64,000 nt of DNA, taken from assembly GCF_009914755.1 (NCBI RefSeq), contig NC_060944.1. The stretch is one strand, 5' to 3'. The translations under genes were made by a program, and so were the position numbers. Every line of letters begins with the position of its first letter. Position 1 is the stretch's first letter. This document shows, piece by piece, positions 13,680 to 26,607 of the stretch. Under the pieces are notes generated by a model, which did no database searches, was not told the DNA's origin, and saw only the letters and a list, made by a program, of their open reading frames with translations. This stretch comes from the human T2T-CHM13v2.0 reference genome, Homo sapiens.

Positions 13680-14648
13680 CAGAGGTTCCCAAACTTTTTG
13701 GCACCAGGGACTGATTTCATGGTGTTACCAGTAGAGGGTCTTGACTGCAAGTTGTCCAGGTTCTTGGCGTTTTGAACAAAGAATTGGAAAAATGCGCAAC
13801 AAAGCACAGAAAGAATGAAGCAACGAAAGAACGAAAGCAAGGATTTATTGAAAATGAAAGTACACTCCACAGTGTGGGAACGAGCCTGAGCAGCGGCTCA
13901 AAGGCCCGGATACAGAATCTTCTCGGGTCCAAATACCCACTGGCCACTTCATGCTCACCTCATGTAAATGAAGTGGTGGCCTGCAATCAGAGGAGTTGCG
14001 AAGAGTAGTTACAAAGTGGACTGAAGTGGAGTTAATGAAGTTCACACTCCTGTGCAAATATCTGATTGGTTGCTTTTTGTAATCAATCACAGGCTAAGGT
14101 GGAGTTACAAAGTTGCACTTCTAGGCAAAGGAAGACTGGACCGGCCATCAGTCTGATTGGTTGCGGACAGCCAATTTCCCATCTGCTTGGCAGAAAAGGT
14201 CGGGGGTTTGCAAAGGGAGTAGCCTCTGGTCCTTTTTTCCCTTAGGCGTGGAAAGTTAGGGTTTTCCTTTCAATTTAGTTCTAGGAAGTCAGCATGAAAC
14301 GACCTTAGGTTCCCTCACTCCAGAACCTATACTCCTGCCTCAATGGAAGACACAAGTTTCCATGGATGGAGGGGGGATGGTTTCTGGATGAAACTGTTCC
14401 ACCTCAGATCATCAGGCATTAGTTAGATTCTCATAAGGAGTGTGCATCCTAGATCACTCATACGCGCAGTTCACAACAGGGTTCGAGTTCCTAGAGAATC
14501 TAATGCCACCACTGATCTGACAGGAGGCGGAGCACAGGAGGTAATGCTGCTCACCTGCCACTCAGCTTCTGCTTTGCAGCCCTGTTCCTAACAGGCCTCA
14601 GACCGGTATCGTGGGGAGACCCCTGCTGGTATCAATTGGGGACCCCTG
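13680..14648 (-). mobile_element. MER1B (hAT-Charlie non-autonomous element) inserted in an L2 3' end
   Basis: Termini cagaggttcccaa...ttggggacccctg; perfect 8-bp TSD tactagag (13672-13679, 14649-14656). Confidence 0.9.
13723..14342 (-). mobile_element. MER51-type ERV1 solo LTR nested in MER1B
   Basis: tgttacc...ctcctgcctca termini, 4-bp TSD atgg, repeated ctgattggtt motifs. Confidence 0.85.
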
Positions 14649-14716
14649 TACTAGAGTATAGATCCTTTGAAGTAGAGACTACATCAGATGCTGTCAGCAT
14701 ACTGACTTTTATCCCC

Positions 14717-15174
14717 TGATATGGGTTGAATTGTGTCTCATAAAAAATATATGTATTTGAAGTCCTAACCCCCAGAACTTCAGAATGTAACTTTATTGGA
14801 AAAAGTCTTTACAGAAGTCATCAATTCAAATGAGTTCATTGGGGTGGGGCTCTAATCCAATATGACTGGCGTCCTTATATAAAGGGGAATTTAGACACAG
14901 ACAGAAGACAAAGTGAAGACAGAGGAAGAACACCATATGTAGAGGATTAGAACGATGCCTCTACAAGATAAGGGATGCCAAAGATTGCCGGCAAACCATC
15001 AGAAGCTAGGAAAGGACAAGGGAAGATTCCTCTGCAGTTCCAGAGCAAGCCTGGCCCTGCCGACACCTTGATTTCAGACTTCGCGCCTGCAGAGATGTGG
15101 GACCATCAGTCGCTGTTGTTCTAAGCCATCCAGTTTGTGGCGCTTTGTTACAGCAGCCCTAGGAAACTGACACA
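14717..15174 (+). mobile_element. MLT1B/C MaLR LTR
   Basis: 'tgatatgggttgaattgtgtc...ctttgttacagcagccctaggaaactgaca'. Confidence 0.85.
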
Positions 15175-15189
15175 CAGTCTCAGCAAGTT

Positions 15190-15595
15190 TTACTTCAATC
15201 CACACTGGCCCATCTTTTATTATGTACAATTATTCGCCTGCAAGCTTTTTCTAGTTGCTGGAGTTCAGATTTGCAGGAGGGTTCAGGAATTCATGCGGCC
15301 CCTCCCTGCAAGCAGCCCTGATGGGAGTTGGTGGGAATATAAACCTCCCAGCTCCCTCACTCATCAAGTGTGTAATACTAAGATAGGTGTTTCCTCGGGT
15401 TCCCTAATAGGTTGAAGCTCTGGTTGGCCCCAGTGTTTAACCTTCTGGAAAACATACCTCTTCCTTGCTTCCTCTTCTTGCCATCCCACTTCCCCCACAC
15501 CTCTACTGGTGTTTTCTGACATCACTTCTCCAATAAACTGCCTGAAGATGAACCCATATCTCCAGGTCAGCTTCTAGAGGAGCGCAGTCTGAGAC
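15190..15595 (+). mobile_element. LTR16-like ERVL LTR
   Basis: 'ccaataaactgcctgaag..gaaccc..atctccaggtcagcttctagagg...ctgagaca'. Confidence 0.6.
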
Positions 15596-16709
15596 AGGGA
15601 GTTTCTGTAGCTCACTGTGAATTCTCTGGACTAAGAACAGTGTCTGGCAAGTAGTGGGTGTTGAATATATATATGCGGATGAAAGAATCCATGAAGCAGA
15701 ATACTTATCACTTGCCCTCAAAGATTCTACAAGTTAGTCATCAAATGCAGAGTTAGTGAGTAAGAGCAGGTGACCTGTTGCAAAAGCAATGCAAGAGAGG
15801 CCACAGGAGAATTTGAGGTTACAAGCTACATGAAGAGTACAGACAACAAGCACCCTCAAGATATTAAGTGGAAGAAGAGAGCACAGAGGGCATTGGTAGG
15901 CTCACAAGGCTTCTTTGAAGGGCGACAGTCTTCTGCTGAAGGGCATATGCCACATACTTACTATTAATGAAAGAGACTTTTGCCGACCTTCCTAACCAAC
16001 AGGTATTCTATAGTAGAACAGACCAACCCTAAGCAATGTTGTAGTTGTGCAAATGCACAAAGCTTGCCAGTCCCAAGTTCCACAGCAATTCACTGTGAAT
16101 AGCTGAACCAAAACGAGAGCTGAGGTATTATTTTGAGAGAGAATTTGATTTGACTCTGGTTAATTCAGATCAAAGTGCATTAATCAGATTTACATAAATT
16201 TCTAAACACTAATGCATGTGAGGCTGGGGAGCCTACTTATTGTGAAATTTAGATGAGCAGCAGAAGAAAATCTATTGACATGACTTAAAATAGACACCTT
16301 TAAGTACATCACTGTAATTACTACTATTAATTTCTATCTCCATCACTACCACTCCCTACTAAAACCAGTAGCTATATGGTAGGTACTCTGCTCAGAGTTT
16401 ATGTGAATTTTCTCATTTAATCACCATAACCACCCTGAGATAGGAATTCTTATTTGCAGATGAAGATACCTGCATAGAAAATAACAGAGCTGAGATTCCA
16501 ATGCAGTTCTGTCTGATTCTAATGCAATTCCCATGTGCAAAAATGTTGAGTGTGATATGTAATATGAGTGTTTTCTTAATCTTTTTATCATTTCCAGTTG
16601 TTCTGTTCAAGGAATCGAGGTCAGGCCTTAAAAGCTGTGAGTTATTTTGTCTAGTAAATAATGAGAGAGAATTCATAGTTCTGCAGTTCAGCATATGTTA
16701 TAAGAAGCA

Positions 16710-17225
16710 AAATATGGCAGACAGTATTTTCTAAAGATGACCACACCATTGTATATCATATCCCATGTGCTTATCCTACAAGATGATATCGACACTCTTC
16801 CATTGAGAGTTAGAGTCTATGTCTCATCCTCAGGCATTAGAAGGCAATATGGCTTTTCCTGACACTATCCTTTGGGGCATACACTTTGAGAACCCTGAGC
16901 CAACAGGTAAGAAGTTCATCTACTGAATGAAGCTGCAATGTGGGGCAACCACATGGAGATCTCCTATAGAAACAGAGAGCCATGCCTTAGGAGCCCCAGC
17001 CTCACCAGCACTATTGGAGTCTTTCCACCATCAACAGGCAGACATGCCAAGGAGTAGGGTTTTAGGTTTTTCATCTTGCAGCCTTCTTTCCAGTGGAAGA
17101 CACGTAAGGAGAGAGGAGCTATTCCCCATCAAGCTCTGCTGCTAATTTGTAAGCAAAGTAATTCTATTGTTTTAAGCCACTACATTTTAGGGCAATTTAT
17201 TATGAAGATGGAATAACAGGAACAT
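16710..17225 (+). mobile_element. Old MLT1 MaLR LTR
   Basis: 'tggcagac...aaagatg.ccac' start; 'ttgttttaagccactacattttagggcaatt' end. Confidence 0.6.
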
Positions 17226-18216
17226 AAAACAAAGGTATTTAACTAAGAGAAAGCCAGCCTAATGCAAATGAATCATCCCTCCTTAAATTTTTTCCTGAAA
17301 ATGCATATGAGGAAAATGCCAAAATGGGCTTACTACATTTATCTTTTTCCCCTCTGTTCATGACATAACTTAAATCGTGGAAGTCTACCTTCAGTCGGAA
17401 GTGAAGTGGATTTGAAGACCTTTCAACTTGGCCTCCAGGGAATGTTCTCCTCCTCAAAGTTATTGAGTCTTAAGACTTTGATCAATTCTGAGATAGACAG
17501 CAATGTCTCAGGTCAAGAATGAAATCTATTTTTCAGCTCTGCCAAAAAGGTTCACGGCCTCTAGTCACAGATATAGCTGGTTGGGGTTAATGCTCTTATC
17601 CTTTGGTTTGGGGAGGATTTATGTCAAGATTTAGGCTGATTCATCTTTGAGATTAATAACATGAGGATGTACCCCAAAGAAGATCTAACCAAAATGCAAT
17701 AATGGGAACATCCCAGTCTGAAACCTGGAAATACCTCTGCCCAATTCACAGACTGTCATTTCAACCCTTTCATACTATCTAATCCAACAATATGTGCTGT
17801 CTTTGCTCATATATCTAATTTTCTATTTAATAGGAAGATCCTAAGGTTTCTAATTAGTTTGACTATGTATATTAATAACATTTAAATACCAGGAAAAATG
17901 GCCTGTGTGCATTGATAGACTATTTAAGATCCATTTAGACACTGGTGACATTCATAAGAAATATTACATTTCCACAGCCCTTAGGCCAGAAAAATTTTTC
18001 CCAGCCCATTTGTTTTCATCTCTACCCTCACTCCCTATTTGAAGAAGGGGAAAGATGGAACTTTCCTATATGAGCTCATTTCCAGCTCTAGTCCTTCTGT
18101 TACTCACTTTTCTCTGGCCCTGTTAGTCTCTTGCGGTTCCTTAAATAGACCAAGAATATGTTGGTTTCATGACCTTTGCACTTGCTCTTCTTTCAGCTAG
18201 GATACTCTGTTGGTTT

Positions 18217-18219
<3 letters not shown>

Positions 18220-18265
<46 letters not shown>
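18220..18265. repeat. (CT)n microsatellite
   Basis: Direct observation. Confidence 0.98.
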
Positions 18266-18269
<4 letters not shown>

Positions 18270-18344
18270 AGAGCTTTCTGTTGTGTAGGAACGACCAGGG
18301 GTTTGTGGGTTACTATTCATCTTGGTAGAAGGGAATACTTGCTA

Positions 18345-18765
18345 CCTAATTTTGGGTTCTCAAAAACCGAAACTTGAAACAATTATTTAAATTTATTCAG
18401 GAGGGGACCTCAGAAAATTTCAGTAGGACAATAGAAAAATGAAAAAGGGAAAGGAAATCAGCCAATGAAATGTGTGTTATCAAGCCAGTTCCCACCATGG
18501 GCAACCAGGACTTACTCCCACTTGGAAACTCTGAGCACAGTTATCCTACACAAGGAGTAAAGAAGCTGAAGTGTTTATTTACCATAGGTTGAGGGCTCCT
18601 CCCAGCATTTCTGCCCAGGCAGAGCAACCTCTGGAAGGCAGAGAAAGAAGGCAGAGAAAGAGACCAAGGGTCAGGGAGGAGTAGCTGCTAGCACAGAAAT
18701 CAGGCCAGTGTGCAAAGAAATGCTGAGTGTCATATGGAGAGGACACAAACAGCATCTACCAGGGC
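18345..18765 (-). mobile_element. LTR16-like ERVL LTR
   Basis: 'gggttctcaaaaaccgaaacttgaaacaa...gccaatgaaatgtgtgttatcaagccagtt'. Confidence 0.5.
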
Positions 18766-20059
18766 ACCGCTGGGAACTATTTGTAAAAGTACTATGCCAG
18801 TTTAAAAGACTAGTGATTATGTATATTTGGTGTAAAAAAGTCCAGGCTTCCTGGAAGAGCTGTCATTTGATGTGAATCTTAATAGATGCTTTCGCTTCCC
18901 ATCAGAAACCATGAGGTTTCTCCCATAAGGGAGGCCAAGAGTCTAGAAAAGGTCTTTCCAGTCAGAACAAAGAGAAGGAAGAAAGCGGGGGCTCTCTGGG
19001 AAGCAGGGACTCTCTGGTTCTCCAGACACAAGTGGAAAGCGCTGCTCATCACTAGCAGAAACAGCAACCTGTAGATAGGTTAACAGGGAGAAATATTTTT
19101 ATTTAAAAAGATGCTAAAAAATCTTAAAGGAATTAATTAGGCAATATAACAAAAATAAAAGAAACAAAATGAGGGCAAAGTATGAAGAGATATTTCACTG
19201 AAGAAAATATACGAATGGCAAATACGCATATAAAATGTTCAACATCATTAACCATTAGGAAAACTCAAATGAAGACCATAATGAGGTATCACTACACACC
19301 TATTGGAACAACTGAAACTTTAAGGTAATGATAGTACAAAATGCTGGTGAGGATGTAGAAAAACTGGGCCTCTCATACATCGCTGGTGGGAATGTAAGAT
19401 GGTACAGCAACTCAGAAAAATTGCTTGGCAATTTCTTTACCAAAAAAAGGCAACTAAGTATATACTCACTATACAACCCAGCAATTGCATTCCTGGGCAT
19501 TTATCACATAAAAATGAAAACTTATGTCTGTACAAAAACCTAGATGTGATTGTTCATATCAGTTTTATTTGTAATATCCAAAAATCAGAAGCAATCAAAA
19601 TGTCCCTCGAGAAGTAAATGGTTAAACAAGCTGTGGAATATCATACTGTGAAATATTCCTTAGTAACAAAAAAAAGTCAACTATTGATCCAAGCAACAAC
19701 CTGGCTGGTTCTCAAGGGCATTATGCTAAGTTTTTAAAAAGCCAATCTGAAAAGGCTACATATTATATTATTCCATTCGTATAATATTATCAGAAAGGCA
19801 AGACTGTAGAGATAGAAAACAGATTAGTGGTTACCAGGCATTAGAAATGGTGTAGAGGAGGGAGTTGAGTATGACTACAAACACACAGCATAAGAGAGTT
19901 CTTTTTGGTAGTGGAATAGTTCTGTATCTACATCATGTGGTTGTTATGAAAATCTACCCATGTGATTAAAATGATATAGAACTATACGTGCACATTGTAG
20001 CAGTGTCCATATCTTGGTTTTGCTATTCATACATATTTTTGATATCTATATATTTTTTG

Positions 20060-20103
20060 AGATAGATAGATGGATACGTAGATAGACAGATAGATAGATA
20101 GAT

Positions 20104-20146
<43 letters not shown>

Positions 20147-20429
20147 GATAGATAGCTTGTTTGGAGGTTCTAGCATGGGAGCGGAGGTACTCGTATGCCC
20201 TTGACTGAAGACTGGTCCTCCTCTGTCGGGGATGGTCATCCTCTTTGACAGAGCATGCAGCTTTGGGAGGGATGCATATGGAGCAGTGAGGGAGGAAGGG
20301 GACACCCGTCTAACCAGTCAGATCAGCCGAATCAACCCTGGTGATCAATGGGGTGACAGATGCCGCAGCCAGATTGCCCTCACATCAGATAGATGATAGA
20401 TAGATAGATGGATAGATAGATAGATAGAT

Positions 20430-20460
<31 letters not shown>
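20060..20460. repeat. (GATA)n tetranucleotide arrays flanking the 7SK copy (20060-20153 and 20387-20460)
   Basis: Direct observation. Confidence 0.97.
20154..20386 (-). pseudogene. 7SK snRNA pseudogene (RN7SKP-type), 3'-truncated, about nt 2-234 of 7SK
   Basis: Reverse complement reads GATGTGAGGGCAATCTGGCTGCGGCATCTGTCACCCCATTGATCACCAGGGTTGATTCGGCTGATCTG...CTAGAACCTCCAAACAAGCT, matching human 7SK with CpG decay. Confidence 0.97.
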
Positions 20461-22869
20461 GTAATGATGTAAAATGTAACCACTCAGAAAAACTGAGTGA
20501 AGCCTACATGCATGCAACCTCTCTGTGCCATCTTTGTAACCTCTTGTGAGGCTATAATTATTTCAAAATAAAAGGGTTGAAAAAATACTAAGGATCTTCA
20601 GCCAGTTCACACAGTCAAATCTGAAAGTGAACAGCATTGCTTGGACATGATTGTAAATTTTCTACTCTTGTTATTGAATAGAAAGGAAGTTTCCCAGAGG
20701 GCACATTAGGAAGGTAGAGCCTGCTGGATCTTCAGAAATTGTCCCCTCGTAAGCAGCACCTGGATCAGGAAACAGACACTTATCCTTTTCTGCCATTGTC
20801 CCCCATCCCTATAAGGGTCACCACTGTCCTTACTTCAAACCACATAGGTACATTTTGAGTATTAGTGTGTTTTATATAGATGAACCAATATAGTTTTTAA
20901 TGAGAATTCTAGTTCTTTTCAATGTAACTATTACATTTTTGCATAAAACAGTGAATCTTCCTCCTCAGCTTAAACCCATAACTTAAAAAAAGGAACCAAG
21001 TCACCTACTCCAGGATTAGGTATTGATTCATTTACACTCAATGATGTAAAAGTAATTTGCATCGTCAACTTCTACCTAAGTATACCTCCCTAGGGCTGAG
21101 AAAAGGAGGAAGAGGATCAGGCCAATGTGGGATGGAGGAGGGGGATATTCTGTAAAGCTAAATTCCAGAAATAACTCTCAAATCAGTGAAACTCTACTTT
21201 TTGACATAATTATGTGTGAAGTATGGTTACTTGTACCTTCACTTTTTCAGTTCAGCGATGGGAAGTGAATCGCTGAAGATGTTTTGATTGTCTAAACAAG
21301 ATCCAATTTCAAGCTAATCTGGGTAATGTGTGTATTCTACATGCAGACATAATTTCTTTTTGAGAAATGACTACTAAAGGAAGTTCCTTAAATTGACAGG
21401 AAAAAAAATGTTCAGTGTATCTCTCAAAGGGAAATGGGGGCTAATGGTGGGGTCCCTTGTCTGACTCAGTGACCTGGGGTTGTAAATGCCCTTCATTAGG
21501 CCTCCTTAGCTTTCACTGGGTCTAAACATAATTCATTGAGATGAAAGATCTCAAAAGATCTTTATTTTTCTGAAGGTTGTTGCCTTCTGGCAGAAAAGAT
21601 TCCTTCCTTTGGAGCAAGTTTGTTTTACAGGAATAAAGAATAACAGGAAGTTGTACTCAAGGTATACACCTATATGCGATAGCCTGTACATCAGGCAGAT
21701 AAGCTTCTAGTTGAATGTTAACCATGAAATCAAAACATCTTTGGTAAGTCACTTCCTCTCCCTATCCCCACAGCACTCATGTTATAAATAAACACATTTG
21801 TATATAACTGTTGAAAAAAAGTACCCCAATGCCAACTCTACATTTTGATTTTAATTTTTAGATTATCCATTTGGTGTGATATATAAAATAATTAGTACTT
21901 TCCTTTTGTTACTTTCAGCTTCTTTAAAAACCTGTAGTGCCTTAATATATTGCATCTATTGCCCAGAATATAATTTTGAATACTCCCTTCCCCACCATGT
22001 TGGAAAATCAATGTTTTAAATCTACCTTTGAGTGACATATTCTATGCAGTTGACAAATCTAGCTTCCTGTCTTTGCATTTTCCTTTTCTTTTTCCCTTTG
22101 GTATTTTAGGGTAAGTTGAATGCCAGCAAGCAAAATAAAATACCATAGTAATGGATTAATTAATACTAAACTTGCTTCATTATCAAGTAGATGGCCAGGA
22201 GTACATCTTGTGCAACACAAAGAATAATCTTGTATAACACAAAGAAAAACAGTCATGTAGAATACATTTTTTTTCTCATTGCTTATCAAGGGAAAGAATC
22301 TACTTCCAAAAAAGAAAAGGAAAATCAATGTCAGTTCTGCTTTTTACTGCTGTATTTTAATTGCACCAGTGGTAAAAATGAGTTGGCCTTTTAGGACCAT
22401 TGATTTCATTTGGATGCATTTATTGTACATAATATTAGCTGCCTCCTAAATTTCAATAAAAGCGATAGTCAATGAGATGGATCTGTGTGATTCAAAATGT
22501 TTTCCAATTAAGAAAACATGGCAGTAGTTGTTACTATTGTTACTATTATGACTATTATATATTTATTACTTTGTGAGAAAAAAATAAATAAATCCAACGC
22601 CTTCTCCAAGTTCAACACCTGCTTCTCTCTAATGGAGCTCTAAGAAAAATTGAGACTCCCTATAAGAATGAAGGAACCTGGGAAAATAGTCACATAAAAC
22701 CCAAGATGCTTTCAGGACACATGTTTGATTAAATGCAGAAATAAACATTCCGAGTGAATTATTGGTTTGGATTGAAAAAGATGTCAATGATTCAATTTTG
22801 TTTCTGTCCAGTAGATTTGGAGAATATATACTTTGTTCCTCTGTTTTCAGTCGAGTTAAAAATATTTGA

Positions 22870-23170
22870 GACCAGGCATTGTGTCTCAGGCCTGTAATCC
22901 CAGCACTTTGGGAGGCCAAGGTGGGAGAATCACTTGAGCCCAGGAGTTTGAAGGCTGCCTGGGCAACTTAGCAAGACCCTGACTCTACAAAAAAAAAAAT
23001 GTGAAAAATTTAGCTGGGTGTTGGTGCTGCCTGCCAGTAGTCTCAGCTATTTGGGAGGCTGAGCTGGGAGGATAGCCTGAGCTTAGAATTTTGAGGCTGC
23101 ATTGAGCAATGATTGTGTCACTGCACTCCAGCCTGGGCAACAAGAGAAACCTTGTCTCTTAAAAAAAAAC
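22870..23170 (+). mobile_element. AluJ
   Basis: Diverged dimer with 'cacttgagcccaggagttt', 'gaggctgc'. Confidence 0.9.
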
Positions 23171-23179
23171 AACTGTATG

Positions 23180-23185
<6 letters not shown>

Positions 23186-23231
<46 letters not shown>

Positions 23232-23372
23232 AGTTTCATCATGCACTTTGTGATTCGTTTGACTGATATTCTGGTTTTTATTAAGTTCAAACAACATTTC
23301 CAAAGGGGTTTGCATTTTTATAAGCAACTAAAGACTGAAGAAAAGTTTTATGTTAATGTGGCTACCACTGAA

Positions 23373-23414
<42 letters not shown>
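23186..23414. repeat. (CA)n at 23186-23226 and (TG)n at 23375-23414
   Basis: Direct observation. Confidence 0.97.
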
Positions 23415-23421
<7 letters not shown>

Positions 23422-24699
23422 GGTGATTTATGTGTAGGAAATTTTTAATAAGGGAAAACTAGTGTATTTTTAGAGAACTTCAGAGTTAGGCCTCAGGGCT
23501 CTGTCTCAAAGTACAGTTTCAAAAACTTTATCTTAATCCTTTAGATCTTATAGCTTATTTACACTACTTAAGAACATTTTTCTTTCCTTATGCAGAGCTG
23601 TGGGAACAAAAGAACCACCACCACAATAAAAATAGTTGAATTCAGAGATGCCTTTTCTGGTGTTCAAAGAAGAAAACTGTAACCTGTCCACATGGCCTGA
23701 AAGCCTATGAGCTTTACACAAAACTGCTGCATTTTGAGGTTTCTTGAAAGAGTTATTAATGTTTTGATAACTTTTTAACTTCCCCGTTTTCCTGCACTAC
23801 ACCCTTTATTATTGGACTATGCTATTTAGTGACATGAAAGGAAATCGAAGTCTTGAGCTTCGTGACACAGAGCTTGGTTTAAAATAGCTCTTCTACTTTT
23901 AAACTGTATGTACAGGTTTATCTTATTTTTGACAAGGTTTTGCAAACATTCTTGATACTATTTGACTTTGTGACATTGGATTTGAAGTCTTTCTTCTGGA
24001 GGTTATGTTAGGACAGTACACAATATGTGAAACTGAGCTTAAGATTTTATTCCCCAGCCTTTTATTATACTGTAAGTGTTCTTAACATTTAAACACATTT
24101 CATAATCTAAATCTAAGCTTTTTTTGAGTTAGCATGATATTTCTTTACTAAGTTTATCACCAAACCATATGTCAAAAAAATTCTTTTAATTTTTTCCTCT
24201 AGAATTACAATGTTCCAACTCAAGGAGAATGCTGCTTTTTGATGAAGGAATTTGGAAATAGAATATTGACCATTACTCATTTTATGGGGATAGTTCATTA
24301 ACTGCTTAATAGTGCCAATAATTCTTTGTGCATAAGGACCTCTTTTTAAAGAGAAATCAATTGAGTGTCTTGTACATGATAATGTTATACCTTAATATTC
24401 ATTGATTAATAAACTGAAAGATGACAAAAAGATATTATTCAATGTATTCAACAAAACAATTTGTGTCTTATTGATCACAAAAGTATATTTTGGAAACCTA
24501 ACATACAAGCATTATTATTTATTCATTTCACAAATAATGTGGTATTCAAGTACTTGCAATTCTTAGTAATGATTTTTTAGTCCCCTGGAGACCCACGGCT
24601 TCATCTCCACAATTTTACAAAGTCTGATTTATTTAACTAATATATGTATATATGCTCATACATATTTAAAGGATATACTCACAAATGTAGAGAGATAGA

Positions 24700-25229
24700 T
24701 GAAGGCAGACTTAATGTTCCCCTCAGCTTGACTAAACTTTAGACATGTTTCTTTCTGACCATAGATCCCTGACTTCCCTTTTCTTAGAGCACTCACTTTA
24801 GAAAACTTGTAATTGCAAATTGTTTCTTTACCCCTTTGAAATGTATATAAATCTTTTTTAAAGCCTCTTTGCAGTATAAAGACCCAGGGAATGTCTTCCT
24901 CAAGGACCTGGGAGCTATTCTTCAGAAATAGAAGCATCAAGGAAGATCATGCCCTTATCTCCCAGTCTCTGTGGGAGGATAGGAGCCTAAATTCAGCCTT
25001 GTTCCAACCCTGTAAAATTATCTCCTGTCATGAAGATACAAGAAAATTTACTTTTCATTTGGAAAACACTTAGCAAACACAGGTGGCCTACAATCCCTTA
25101 TCCCAACTCTTAAAAACTCTCAACCCTTTTCTCAGCTGAGTTGGGTGCTGGCCTCTCTCCCCTATTGCAATAGGCTTAAATAAAATCTTTCGTTCTTGTT
25201 TAACTTATTCTGGTGTAAATTTTTTGACA
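24700..25229 (+). mobile_element. ERV1 solo LTR (MER67/MER31-like)
   Basis: tgaagg...ttgaca termini, 'cagcttgactaaactttagaca', AATAAA near the 3' end. Confidence 0.7.
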
Positions 25230-25404
25230 AAATATACCACAAGAGAAACAGCCGAATCAGTGACAGTTTCTTCTTGTCAGTAAGTAAGAAAGCTGTAACT
25301 CTCTCACACAGACCTCAAAGACTACTGGGCTTTATTTGCGGTTTCTTGAAAGAGTTATTAATGTTTCAGTTACTTCAACTTTTCTTTTCCCTTTCCCTCT
25401 TTAT

Positions 25405-25605
25405 TATATAAACATATACAGTGTGTTATATATAATCATTATATAATATATAATAATGTTTATATAATAATATACATTATTAAATTATATAACATAATGT
25501 TATGCTATAATATAATATGTAATATATTATTATAATATATTATAAATAACATAATTTATAATTTGTTATTTAGCCTATTATATAATATAATGTATATGCT
25601 ATATT
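25405..25605. repeat. AT-rich low-complexity (TA/TAA) tract between inverted arms
   Basis: Direct observation. Confidence 0.9.
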
Positions 25606-25667
25606 ATAAAGGGTGAAAGGGGAAAGAAAAGTTGAAATTTCACCCTTTATTATATAACATATGCATA

Positions 25668-26607
<940 letters not shown>

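Larger units (their letters stand above)
19150..20580 (+). mobile_element. L1MC/ME-type 3' end hosting the GATA array and the 7SK copy
   Basis: 'gaagagatatttcactgaagaaaatatacgaatggcaaata', 'tgctggtgaggatgtag', ends 'ctataattatttcaaaataaaa'. Confidence 0.85.
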
